NCBI GenBank assembly: GCA_022813865.1
Contig: JALDZX010000005.1
Location: 124,001 to 188,000 of the forward strand
Length of the DNA stretch: 64,000 nt
Direction of reading: 5' to 3'
From: Xylographa opegraphella
Lineage: Eukaryota
In this document: positions 12,908 through 25,319 of the stretch, piece by piece
How positions within the stretch are numbered: the stretch's first letter is position 1
How the letters are laid out: each line of letters begins with the position of its first letter
Translations under genes and position numbers: made by a program
The notes under the pieces: model-generated
What the model was told of the DNA's origin: nothing
Database searches by the model: none
Seen by the model: the letters and a program-made list of their open reading frames with translations, nothing else

Positions 12908-14680
12908 ATCTGAGGGTAAGGGATCAAGGTCTCCAGATGGTCAACTACTCCGGAGATTGAGAGTAAAGTCGACAGTATACCATCAATCATAGCATGGATG
13001 CCTTTGCCTATACGATTATCGTCCTCTCCCACTGATGAACGAAGCCTCTGGAAACGGCAATTGGATACGAGACACAGAGGTGGTCAACGCGAAGCTGAGG
13101 ATCGTCTTAGGCTCTTATGTAGCCTCAGGTTTCAGAACATCAACAAAGGTATGTTACTATTTTCCCTCATATCGGTCACAAACTTACCCCATGGAACTGG
13201 ATTCAGTACCTGGTCAACTGTGCCATAAAATATCATAATGGGCGCAGCTCCTCTGCCTGAAGAGAAGCGTGTGCTCAGAAGAAAACACTATGTCCGCGCT
13301 TTGCGTATACTATATACACTGTTTTCGCAAAAAAGCCAATTCATAGCGAAGACGTTACTGGTATGATTTCATCTTTCTACAATAGTTGCAGTACTAATGT
13401 TGCAGCGTACTCAGGAAAGGTTGTCAGGTATTCTGATAGCCATATCCGGCTATTCTTGGCGCCTCTAGAGACTGGCATGATACCAACGTACAGCTAGCTG
13501 GCCGGGCGTCGGTCATGAAAAAAAAAAGGGTTGTCATGCAAATTCCGATCTGTCACTTTCTGATCACTCACTGCAGGAACCATTTTCATGATAGAAGAGC
13601 TTGGAATATTGTATACTCGAGTATCTGATAACCGATCAAGCCCCGACCTTAGCTGGGCATAGCGCCGTCGAGGGAGTGCTAGAACAGGTGGCGAAAAGTC
13701 TGCGACGGCGGTTGGGTGACTGCACAGAGAGACTCGCGCCACTACCAAATATCCACATCTTTCATGGTGGCAGTGCCAGTATAACGAAGAAAGGATGCCA
13801 GTTTGCCATTGACTCTTTCATATCATGCAGCTTCGCTTACTAATATACTGAGAGCATGGCGCTGGAAATGGCGCTTGCTCTGGGTCCTGCTACTGCATTG
13901 GCTGGCGTTTGGCTGGGTAGGCGATTCTCGAGCTGCTTATCGACACGATGTTGCACATGGCGAGCGTGAGAGTCTCTACCTGTGTCTTCGTTCGAGATAG
14001 AAGGATACAAAGGCGCTGTTGTAGAGCGCTCGATGGAGCCAGCCAAATGGTATATCATTGGCAAAGACGTTATAAGATGATACTGCCCGGTAAACTTGGT
14101 CACATGCTTTTTCGCACGTAGAACAAATGTATAGCGAGATTAGAGCTACGGAGGCATCATTGACTCTCAATCCCATGTCTCTTTATGCAAATCCGGGCCG
14201 TCAAATGTCTCCTGGACGGAGCTGATGGTGTCACGTGAGCTCTATCAAGGTCGTAAATGTCTGGTTCTGCAGCGGGAAGCACCTGCGCATTTAAGATACA
14301 TAGGCATAGATCACATTACCACCATATCTGAGCGTGTAGATCATAGCTAAGTTATTCTGAATACTCGGCGGTGACCTTTGTTTGATCTGTATAAATTAGG
14401 GCTTCGATTTTGCACACCTAAAGTTGAAATGTGGCTTGGCGAACGTCAAGCGATGACGAAGATAGCCACTAAGGTAGTCTAGTGCCTGGGCTAAGCATGA
14501 CGGGAACTCTAAATCTGATCGGACCTTGAATTTCTCCCATCACTGTTTCCCACCACTCTCCGCTTGACTTCTCTGGCACACGGTACAGGTTGCAGCGATC
14601 TTGCTCAGACAATCTATGTTGCAGGTATAAATACGTTTGAACAATCTGGTGTCTCATCTATAAAGACGGACCCTGCCTCG

Positions 14681-17623
14681 ATGGACGCACAAGCCTCGAG
14701 CGCAGGACCCGCTCTGGCCCCTCACGAGAGACCTACAGAAACTCTACAGAACACCCAATCGACTTCCAATGCAGTGCCTACGGTTTCTGGAGAGGTCAAT
14801 GCGTTTAAAAAGAGGCGAAATCATCGTGGCGGGAAAAAGAAGAAGAACCGCAGACAGTCGTTCGCAGCGCCATCAGATGCTCCAGGCCTGGGCGATGGAG
14901 CGAGGTCGAGTCATGACTTAGAAGAGCCTTCCGCCGCTTCAGCTCAACGGCCCTCATTCTATAAACTAGGTCAATCTGGTACAGGAAATCTGAGCGATAC
15001 CAGTCTGGACAGCTCAGCGCTTCTGGATCATCGGTATGTAGATACGCTGTTTGGTGAAACATGCTCGGTGTTGTCCAATAATAATTTAACACAGAGCCCA
15101 TCCCCCAATGAGGACTCGTCGGGATAGCAGACTCGGTCAAAATGCCTACAACCATCGCGGAAGTTCCGTCAGGGATGACGGTGGATCTCCTTATCGACCA
15201 GCGTATACAAATCCGTTCGTTTCGAATGATGGGCAACGGAGACATAGAGCTAATCGAGCCCATCGATCCTCAGGTGGTGAAAGTGAAGAAGACCATATTG
15301 TTACGGACGCCCGCACACCGCTGTTGCCACCATCAAGCCGGGATGGAGCTTCATCAGGACATGGCTATGGTGCATCTGGTGGTCAGTTAATGGAGAATCG
15401 GCCCGCTGTTGGAGGTCGTCGGGTATCCGTGGCATCCTCGGTCTCCAGCAAACGTAGACGACGAGCTCCTACGCGAGAGCCATCGGCAACAGCTCAGCCA
15501 GATTACGATGTCAACAACCCACCTTCAGTACCTGGAAGCCCTAAGCTTGGTTCTGATATGGGCTACGACGATGTTATGGTCACAGGATCATTTGCACCCC
15601 GAACTCCTCAAGACCGTCGCGCCACGACAACCGGGCTTCGTGACCAGATCATAGATGTTGATGGGGATGCTGGAAAACAAAATCCACTCGGTAACTCATC
15701 ACCCCCTACTCCGAGGCGTGCTTCAACAGACTTACAGCGGAGGCGTACTGTCGCGATCCCAGCCGAGGAAGATGTATGTTTTCCACTGGAGGGTATGTCT
15801 GAAATGGCAGATGAAGACTACGTCCACAATGGTCAACCACCTTCATATGAAAACGGCCCTCGCCGTAGACGGCCTCGGGAATGGCCAGATCTCTCTGTTC
15901 TAGAAGAGTGGAGTCGAGAAGAGAAAGAGGAACGAAGCGAAGGTATTCGAGCAAAGAAAGTGAGCGAACCAGTACTTGTTGGTGGAAGGCTACGGCCACA
16001 GGCTCGAGGCTGGCACCGTGAAGTGGAGGATGCGCCGTACAGATTTACATACTTCAATGAGGAGTTTCAGAGCACCATACACAGTCAAACCATTTCCGAG
16101 CTCCTCCAACCCGGCCAAAGCTTTAGAGACTTGTTCATACCGGATCCACCAGAGCTTAGTGACGAGTCCTCGGATGAAGAAGACCTTATAAGTTATCAAG
16201 AGACTGCTCCTTCGAGAAAGGAGTTGAGCCCTGGAAGACAGTCAACAAGTGGAGCACCGTCAAGAAGTCACACCCGCCAATCGTCGGTGCTTGGTGATGG
16301 AAAGGACGCCAAAGACTCCAAAAGTCACTCTCGTGATGGCTCAGGCGAGGCAACTCCTGCCAACTACAATAATCAAAATCCTAAAGAGAAACACAAGAGA
16401 TACGGTTCAAGGCCCACGTTCTGGCTCGATGTACTATCGCCAACAGATACTGAGATGAGGGTCATCTCGAAAACTTTTGGCATACATCCTCTCACAGCAG
16501 AGGACATCATGATGCAGGAGGCTCGGGAGAAGGTGGAACTCTTTCGTAACTACTACTTTGTAAACTACCGAACATTCGAGCAAGACACGAGCAGCGAAGA
16601 CTACCTTGAACCGATCAATATGTACGTTGTCGTATTCCGGGAAGGAGTCATCACTTTTCATTTCTCCATGACACCTCATCCAGCCAATGTTCGTCGGCGC
16701 ATTCGCCAGCTGAAAGATTATCTCATCCTCAGCTCGGATTGGATTTCATACGCCGTAATTGATGACATCACGGACGTGTTTGCTCCTCTCATACAGTCCG
16801 TTGAGGAAGAGGTTGACGATATTGATGATTCTATTCTCCAGCTTCACGACGACGGACGCTCCGATAAGATTAACTCAAAACCCTCTACCTCTTTCAAAGA
16901 CGACGAGAAACGTTCTGAGACTGGCGAGGCCACCACCGGCGACAAGGGGGGTGATATGCTTCGTCGGGTTGGTGAGGCACGAAAGAAAGTTATGGGGCTA
17001 TATCGACTACTTGGCAACAAGGCCGATGTGATCAAGGGCTTCGCGAAACGGTGCAACGAGCAGTGGGAGATCGCGCCGAAGTCGGAAATTGGTCTGTATC
17101 TGGGAGATATCCAGGATCATATCCTTACCATGACGAGTAACCTAAGTCATTACGAGACGTGGGTTTCCATCCTGTCTGTTCATTGTACATAAGTGGTAGC
17201 TCACTGACTTTGCCCATCTCACAGTCTGCTCTCTCGAGCCCACTCAAACTACCTTGCTCAAATCAACATTCGCATGAACGAGCGGCAGGAACAAACAGCC
17301 GACGTGCTGGGCAAGCTCACTGTGCTGGGCACAATTGTTCTTCCTATGAACATCGTGACTGGCATGTGGGGTAAGTTACATCCCACGAAACATGCCTTTG
17401 GTGAACCCACTGACACGGCACGTAGGGATGAATGTCCTTGTCCCAGGACAAGATACAGACAGTTTGACTTGGTTCTGGTGTAGTGAGTATTCTCTTAACC
17501 TCGACCCATTCATGTTATCACATCTAGATCACTATTGACTCGAGCGTAACAGTCACCGCTGGGCTCTTCGCCTTCGGCGTTTCCTGCTACTTCATCGCAA
17601 AGCGCGTGTACAATATCGTCTGA
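14681..17623 (+). CDS. CorA-family Mg2+ transporter (Alr1/Mnr2 group)
   Basis: FWLDVLSPT...FGIHPLTAEDI...REKVELFRNYYF, EIGLYLGDIQDH, LTVLGTIVLPMNIVTGMWG|MNVLVPG (GMN motif split by an intron), last TM ITAGLFAFGVSCYFIAKRVYNIV*. Introns near 15034-15095, 17159-17224, 17371-17425 and 17484-17551. Confidence 0.93.
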
Positions 17624-18653
17624 AATCATACGGCCCTTTGGCATATGAGGAAATCAGGGCGGCGGCTTCCGTGGAAAGGGTGACGGAAGTACTTGAATCT
17701 CATCGGCAATGTGACAGCCATCCCTGTGTACTCATCATGGCGATTTCGGATGATCGCAGAGCGTCTTCGAGGCTCTGTGGTTGGATAGTATATCGTGCTC
17801 TGGGAAATGGCGATAGCTTTCGGGAGGGTGGTTCTGTGTACATAGACCTGCGCTTCATGTAGTTATTCTTGGTAGATACCTATCATAATTGGAGACACGA
17901 GGTCCAGGATGCAGATCTGCGCCTCGGGGATGGTGATCACGCTCGCGGTACCCTCGTCCGGTTCTAAATGCCAGAGGCTACAACGACCTATATTGGGTAT
18001 CATAGACTAACCTTCATTTGTACGAGGTGTGATGAATGAGGGATTTGCATATATTTGTGGTGCCAGGTACGCTACGGTGCTATAAGTTGAAATTGGTCGG
18101 CTTGGAATGCACATGCGTGATGCTTCAATGTCGAACCCCTCGTCCTGCCAGATCCCGTCTCCTTTTCAATAAAAGATAAGCCCAATGGGAGAAGATGGGG
18201 TGCCATTCCTTCTCCGACAAGTCATCTCGGAGGATGATCACCATGATCCTAAATTTACGGATCGCGCTGATGATTACTAATTGGTGCATCGAGCTACCCG
18301 GTGGTTGCGTTTGCTTTAATCTCATGAGGAAGTGGTTGAGTGAATGTTCTTATCAGACTGTCAACTTTTGAGTTGGAATGTAAATACAACAGAATAGCTT
18401 CCGCGCCACGTGCCTCGTGCCTAGATATATCAATATGCATCAGCACGGACTAACAAGGCTCTTCCTTACTGCCTGCCGGTCCAGGACGCTTTGTTCAAGC
18501 AGGCTAATGTCCACATCAAGAGCGCACTCGACAGCGAATGGTGGGCTTCACCCGCACCCCAATACCCTGGTATTCAAGGTGCTCTTGCTCACACACTCTG
18601 CCGCAGATGGTCAGCACGCACACAGTCATCGCACAGTTGGCACATCGGGGATA

Positions 18654-19929
18654 TCATACCTCTATCTCCGAAGAGGGGTTGGGACTATAGCTCCCCTCCT
18701 GCTTCCGTGCAGTCAAGGGCCAATCGGCGGATGATTTCTCCTCCAGCGCCCCCGGCCCGTCACTCCCATCCCTATTGATAAAAGTGCGAAGCCCCGTCAT
18801 CGTCGCGGACGGGATGGACGGCAAGCCATTGGTCCCGCTCTCGGTCCCAGCGCGCAGCTTTGATTTGCCGCGGTTCCAGAGCTGGTGCCGGGACGACCAG
18901 AGGAAGTGTGGTTTCGGGCGCACGGCCCGCGTGCCGTGCGAGGCGAAGAGGGAGCGGAAGGCGCTGACCGAGGCCATGAAGACGGCGATGCAGCCCTCGA
19001 GCTGGAAGAGGAACAGCTCGTACGGCACGTCCTGGGTCTGGTCGAGTTGAGGGCAGAGCGTGGTGCGGATCAGGGCGACGATGATCATGGAGATGCTGAG
19101 GCATAGGGAGACGAGGAGGCCGGATTTCTGGCGTGGCTTGATCTTGGCGTTCCAGAGTAGCATGATTGGAATGCTGATGACTGGAAGACTTAGTGCTTGT
19201 CATTATATGGGGAGATGGCCTACTTACTTGCAACATCGGTTATGATGTCCAGGACCAACACGGCGATCGATATTGAACGAGCTTTGGGAGTCACAGCGAC
19301 GTTTGCGCATTCGACTATCGTGGTATCAGTAAAAGCTCAAGAATGCCGGGGAGGGACTGGAATATGGAAAGCGAAGCGACATACGCGAGCTCAGATCGAA
19401 GTGAGGACAGATGATGAAAACGTCCGCCGCACAGAAGGCGAAGGTAAGCACGGTAAAGACCACCACGATCGTCCACCAAATCTTCAGTCTCGCCAGACGG
19501 CTAACCAGGGGCCGGAAGAACGACAGAAAAGAGAACTTCACAGAGAAGACCACAGTCCATATGAGTGTTTGGACTGTGAACAGGAGCTTGAGGCTGTACA
19601 TAGCCTCATCCAAGAAGTCAGATGGCAGAAGAACGCTAGCAGGGTCGACAATGGCAGCTTGTTCCAGGTAAAAAATATCGAACAGTCTGTACAATATACC
19701 GGTAGCGGCACAAAGGCAGGCACACGCGAACATCAAGAAAGCATCGCTGAGGTACAGGCGGCGCCGATTGCTGATCTGCACAGCAATGCGAGCAACAGCG
19801 GCGAGAAGCACAAAGCCTGTAAGAGGCCCCGAGGTTATCTGTGGATAGGAGTCAACCAGGCAACGAAAGACAAGGACAATGACCGACCTGGAAGGCAAGT
19901 TCAGAAATGTGTGATACGGAGGATGACAT
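18654..19929 (-). CDS. PTH11-like (fungal rhodopsin-domain) integral membrane protein without a CFEM domain
   Basis: MSSSVSHISELAFQ|ITSG...ARIAVQISNRRRLYLSDAFL, LIWTVVFSVKFSFLSFFRPL, VLDIITDVA|IISIPIIMLW-type segment, LEGCIAVFMASVSAFRSLF. About seven hydrophobic segments and 3 introns. Confidence 0.85.
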
Positions 19930-21901
19930 CTTGTAGGATTGATTATGTTATAGTGAGATTGTAGAGCGAATATTGAACGACATCTGACCGGAGTAATGGT
20001 GGATTTTGTTCGATATTTCAGGGGGTATGTAAGAGAAACGACAGACACATTATATGGCAAAGAGTTGTGCTATGTAGCAGGAGCCATGACTCTGTTTCGC
20101 AGCATTCCTTATGATATAGGGAACCCAATCGATCGTGAGTTGCTGACTGTGCCTCATGCAACCGTGCCCCGATCAGCTTTCACGCACTTTGCCTCTTATA
20201 TGTGGCAACTTCCAATCAGATCGGCCATGTATTCTCTATCAATACACCTGTTTCATGTTTTGTACATCATGAGCCTTGTGATCCCGACTCTTGGCGAGGA
20301 TCGACAGGTCGATCTGATGAAATGAACGAGCTGACAGTCTCTAGATAATGATCTGAAAGCATATAACGGCTTCGCCTGCGAATTGTGAGTACTTACTGCC
20401 CACGCATTGCAACAAGATAAAAAACAGGATCGATGTCAAGGTTAGAATACACCTACAGCCTTCAGTATGAAAGTATGCCAGATAAGCCTTAGACGCGTAG
20501 GAGTTGGGGGATCGGAGACAAATCACTTGAGTTTTCCTTCGATCAATCAAAGAATTCAATGCAGCGGGAGGAGGTGACGATCTAGCTCTGGAAGGACGTT
20601 TGTCTCGAATGAGGATGCGAGCACTATTTCCAGTTCATCTTTGGTGGATTACACAACAGTATGAGAACCGTGACCACCGGCATAAAGATTTTCGGGCATG
20701 TCATGTCAAGCTTCAGTCAAGGTTAAGGCTGCTGCTTGCAGGTCGGCGAGAAGCTCGTTCTCTGCCACACTGATAGTCTCCAAATTGAGTCTCAGTCTCC
20801 AAGCATCCCCATACACCTGTATGGTGACGTTGTTCGGTCAAGCTCTCATCATAATGCTGTGGATAAACTTGATCGATCTGCGTGGCTGCGAAGGATGAGA
20901 TAGTAGGGAGCCTAGCCCGGTGGTTGAGGCAAGGCAGGTCCATAAGGGTTGGCCCCCACAGGAGTCAGACGAGAACAGATCGATGTGGAGAGAGGCTGTG
21001 TAGTGCACACTGCTCAGCATTATTACTAAGGTATCAACACATTACTCTGTGTGATTATTATCATTGGCTGGTGGTCGTGACACAGCGTCAGGGATGGATG
21101 GCGGCATCGAGACGCGATTGGAGCGCGATTGCGCCTTCAGCTGCAGCCGCATGAAACGCACCATGGACTGTGCCTGAGAGAGGCTTTCCTCTTGCATGAT
21201 ATTACGCATGATCTTATTGCCTGTGAAAAGTGCCGAGGCGGAGTAACAGTGGGACGGGAGGTCTGATGCTCTTTCTCTCCTGCAGTCAACCCCCCGGTTT
21301 AGGAGCTGCGCTTCTGCCTGTCAGAGACGGGCTGCACATGCAATATAAGAACTTTGCTTCGGTGGATAAATCCCCGAGCTCGAGTAGCCGAATGAAAGGC
21401 ACGAGAAGATACCTTAGACCGATACAGCTGACGTAGGGGAAGTAGCCATGGCATCTTTCCTCTACCTTTCCTTCATCTTCGTCGGTGATTATTCGTGCTG
21501 GCTAACCGAAAATGCGATCCAAATACAGACCATGTTCTGCTGCTCCGTGACCTGCGTTTCTGTCAGGCCCCCCTAATATTTATCATATCTCTACCAAGAT
21601 GGCAGGATGAGGTATTTGAGCTACAGGTCACGTTACTTGCCAGCCCTGTTCAGGGTTTCGCCTTCAAGCAAACATGCAGGTGTTGTGGCGCACGAGATAT
21701 GCCGGTCTCCGGCACACGGTATTCACGTATGCCACAGCATTGCATACCCTGCCTCTCACACATGTTTCACTGTCTGCTTATCCACCTTTCTTACTTTTCC
21801 CGACGAAGCTCCTCCGTCTCGTAGTAGCTATTGCTCTTTAGCAGAGCCTCACGGTCTCTCACACGCCACTACGTGATTCCCCAGGCAATAGTACCTTAAC
21901 C

Positions 21902-23640
21902 ATGACTCTCAACATAGCGTCTTCGAGTCTTTCATCGGCTTTGACATCTATCGCCGCCCTTACTATGGGCCTTGTCGTGACATTCTCCGTCAAGCTCTAC
22001 AAGGCCCGGTTCAGGATGATCGAGCTGCGGAAGCAGGGCCTAGTATTCTGGACCACGAAATATCACCGAGTCAAATGCTAACAGAGAACAGGCTATGCCG
22101 CCACACAGCTTCCTGTTCGGTCACTTGCTCGTGGTCAAAGCCGCCGTGTCGGGACTTCCTTCGGATGCTTATGGTAATTACATTCCACGGTGTGTTAGAG
22201 CCATGACGCCCGAACTTGGTCCGATCTTCTATATCGACCTCTGGCCTTTAGGGCCACAGATGCTAGTGGTATCCTCGCCAGACGGATTACATCAGATGAC
22301 ACAGGAGCACTCGTTACCCAAGTTCCATGCGTTGCGCAAATTTCTAAGCCCAATGAGCGGAGAATTCGACCTTGTGACAATGGAAGGCGAGATGTGGAAG
22401 AGGTGGAGGAATATATTCAATCCCGGCTTTAGTCCCAGCAATCTTCTCAACTTTGTTCCCGCTATAGTGGAAGAGACTACAACTTTCTGTGCAATACTAC
22501 AAGCGCACGTCGCACAGGGCGATATAGTGAGATTGAAGACTCTTACTGACAATCTGACGATGGACGTCATTGGCAGAGTCATTCTGTAAGTTACTGAAAG
22601 ACTGGGCGGTATCACGAGTCTCGCTGCTCAGGAGACCATGCCTGATCTAACTGATGGCTAGTGATATCCGCTTGAATTCCCAGCGTACCATCAACGTGAT
22701 GGCCTCTTCTTTGCGCCGGATGATACCGTGGTTGACGTTCGGCGCTGAGCCAAATCCATTGGATCGATTCAATCCCCTTCGCCCTCTTGCTCAATGGTAC
22801 TATGCCCGCCAGATGAATACTTACCTGTCCCCGATTCTCGACGCTCGCTTTGCTGCTCTCCGGACAAGCAATTCCCAAGTCCACCAACCAGTGATCGACC
22901 TTGCGATGCTGCCCTGTCTTACGGAGAGAGACAGCAAGGATAGCAAGGGCCTTGACGCCGCGCTCAAAACATTTATTTTGGCCCAAACGAAGCTCTTGCT
23001 CTTTTCAGGCCACGATACTACAAGTGCCACCATTTGCTACGTATTCTATCTTCTCGCCCGCCACCCATCCATCCTCGCCCGGATTCGCGCCGAGCATGAT
23101 TCTGTTTTCGGCAGTGATAATTCCCACGCAGCGGACCAACTCACCCAGCAGCCTCATCTGTTACACCAGCTCTTACTGACGACGGCAGTCATCAAAGAAA
23201 CGCTACGCCTCTTTCCACCATCGTCGACCACGCGTGGCGGCGAGCAAGGATTTGCTATCGTTGACCACGACACCGGTTTACAGTACCCCACGAACGGCTT
23301 CATGGTCTGGTCGAGCCACGACTCCGTACACCATGACCCGGCCTTGTGGAAACGTGCTGCGGACTTTCTACCGGATCGGTGGCTCGTGTCGCTGGATGAC
23401 CCATTACACCCAGTCAAAGGCGCGTGGCGGCCGTTCGAGCACGGCTTGCGCAACTGCATCGGCCAGGAACTGACAATGCTGGAGGTGAAGATCGTGCTGG
23501 TGATGACGCTGCGCACCTTTGATATTGTGGCTGACTACGGAGCGCGGACGGAGCAGGTTGACGGCGAAAAGGCGTATCAGACTGGGATTGGAAGCCCATG
23601 CCTAGGTCTTCCGTGTAGGATCACCAATTTCGTAAGGTGA
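21902..23640 (+). CDS. Cytochrome P450 monooxygenase (resembles the StcS/AflN-type clade)
   Basis: N-terminal TM anchor, MPPHSFLFGHL, WKRWRNIFNPGFS, I-helix LLLFSGHDTTS, ETLRLFPP, PDRW, heme motif FEHGLRNCIGQEL. Introns near 22043-22091 and 22586-22661. Confidence 0.93.
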
Positions 23641-25319
23641 GCGTCGAGAGGCAAGATCGAAAGTTCAAGTCCGCTTCGCAGAGGGTTCGATACTCCTGAC
23701 AGCATGGGGTGGACTAAGTTGAAGTGCATTCTAGGATTTGTATGAGAAGGTGAGATTAAGTTGCTTCTCTCCCCAGCGTCCACCTTGATGGATGACATGC
23801 TATTCACTCAAAGACTCAAAGAGCATTTCACCACCTCGATGCTCTCGTCATGTTGATCAACCTCACTTGATAGCGGCTATTGCGGCATGCACATGAAGCT
23901 CGCGAACGACTTGAACGAGCGTGTACCCCTCCATTTGCTTCGGCATGAATCCCTTAATCATATTGATCCACCACACCCATCTCCCCGTCATTCCTTTTGA
24001 GGCCAGCCACAGCCCATTTCCATGCACTGCAGAGCCGTGATCCTATAACCCGACCGTGAACGCCCACGCGTGAAGCCACATTGCTTATCTCCGCTGAGCA
24101 CACATGCCCGCATCCGTACGCCGACCGGTCCCCTCTAACCCATACGCCCAGGTCTAGAGTATGGCATTGGCAGCACGCCTCCTTCTCACGTAGCCTGACA
24201 CCGCTAATATAAGACTGCGCCGATCGATGAGGTGAGGGGTTGGTTTCGAACCCCTATGATATCCCAAGGCTGTTTCTTCCCACCCGCCCCAGGTCATATC
24301 TACTAGCCCTTCGCTCGCCGAACGAGCTCAAGTAAAAGATTGACGAAGGCATATGAGCTGGAGGCTGACCCTCAATCATTCGCAGCCTCCCCATCGGTGT
24401 AGGGAAATCCCCTGAATTTACTCTAGTGCCATGGTCCCCAGTTGAGGCCAAGCCTAGTCGGCTTCGAAGCGGGAATAAAAGACAGCGCAGCAGGCACCTC
24501 CGAAAAAAAAGAGATTTCGTCCAATTCCAACGTGCTGGGATAGGGCTAAGGTAACCCTTGGATATTCTAGGCTATTGGTAGACTCAGCGAATTGCGTTCA
24601 TGGCAGTAGGAGTCTAGGGCGCCGAACGTGCCTACTCCGTAGCTACAACCAGTCAACTTAAATCGATGGATTGCCGCCCCCTTGAACAACATTCCCGGCA
24701 AACGGGGATTTCCCTACGAGGCATGTATTGCAACGTTCGGGACAGCGTGGTAGAGCTGCGCATCAGCAGCATACGCAGTATATGCATCCCGTAGCTCGCG
24801 ACATCACCTGATTTGCATACATCACTATTCCGACATGCTGGACGGCTGGGGCGAATTAATTCCCATATTACCTATCTTAGCAACACTGTTGACGAGGTTC
24901 ATTATCTACACCTACTATCGAGATGTAGGGATACTGCAGCCCCTGTACGAAGCGGAGACGTGAACCAAACGGGCACATCAAGCCGCCCGGTCGAAGATTA
25001 TGGATTTCTCGCACTGCATCACAAGAGGCTGCGGGACCACCGCGCTGGCGCCGTGGAAGTGCAGTGGCAAGCTCAGCATCTGAAAGATGCCTCCGCAGCA
25101 AGCCAGACCAGATCAAGGCCGCCTCGCATTGTAGCATCAGGCAAAGCGCTTTCATCGTGCATCTCAGACTCCAGATCCAGTCAGGCACCGCGTTCACTCC
25201 TTTGCGAGGCTTCAGGAAACGATTTCACGCTCGTTTTGTCACCACGAGTAACGCCCTCGACCCTTCCCATTGCAATGCCGGTACAACAGCGCTTTTGGCG
25301 ATCATGGTGGTTTCTGCTG

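Noticed and set aside
13035..14100. Fragments including GSCYCIGWRLA, faintly like a P450 heme motif
   Set aside because: No other P450 motifs are present and there are many stops.
24235..24255. Hairpin AGGGGTT..AACCCCT with a B-box-like GGTTCGAAACC on the minus strand
   Set aside because: No convincing A box or cloverleaf, so it cannot be called a tRNA or SINE.
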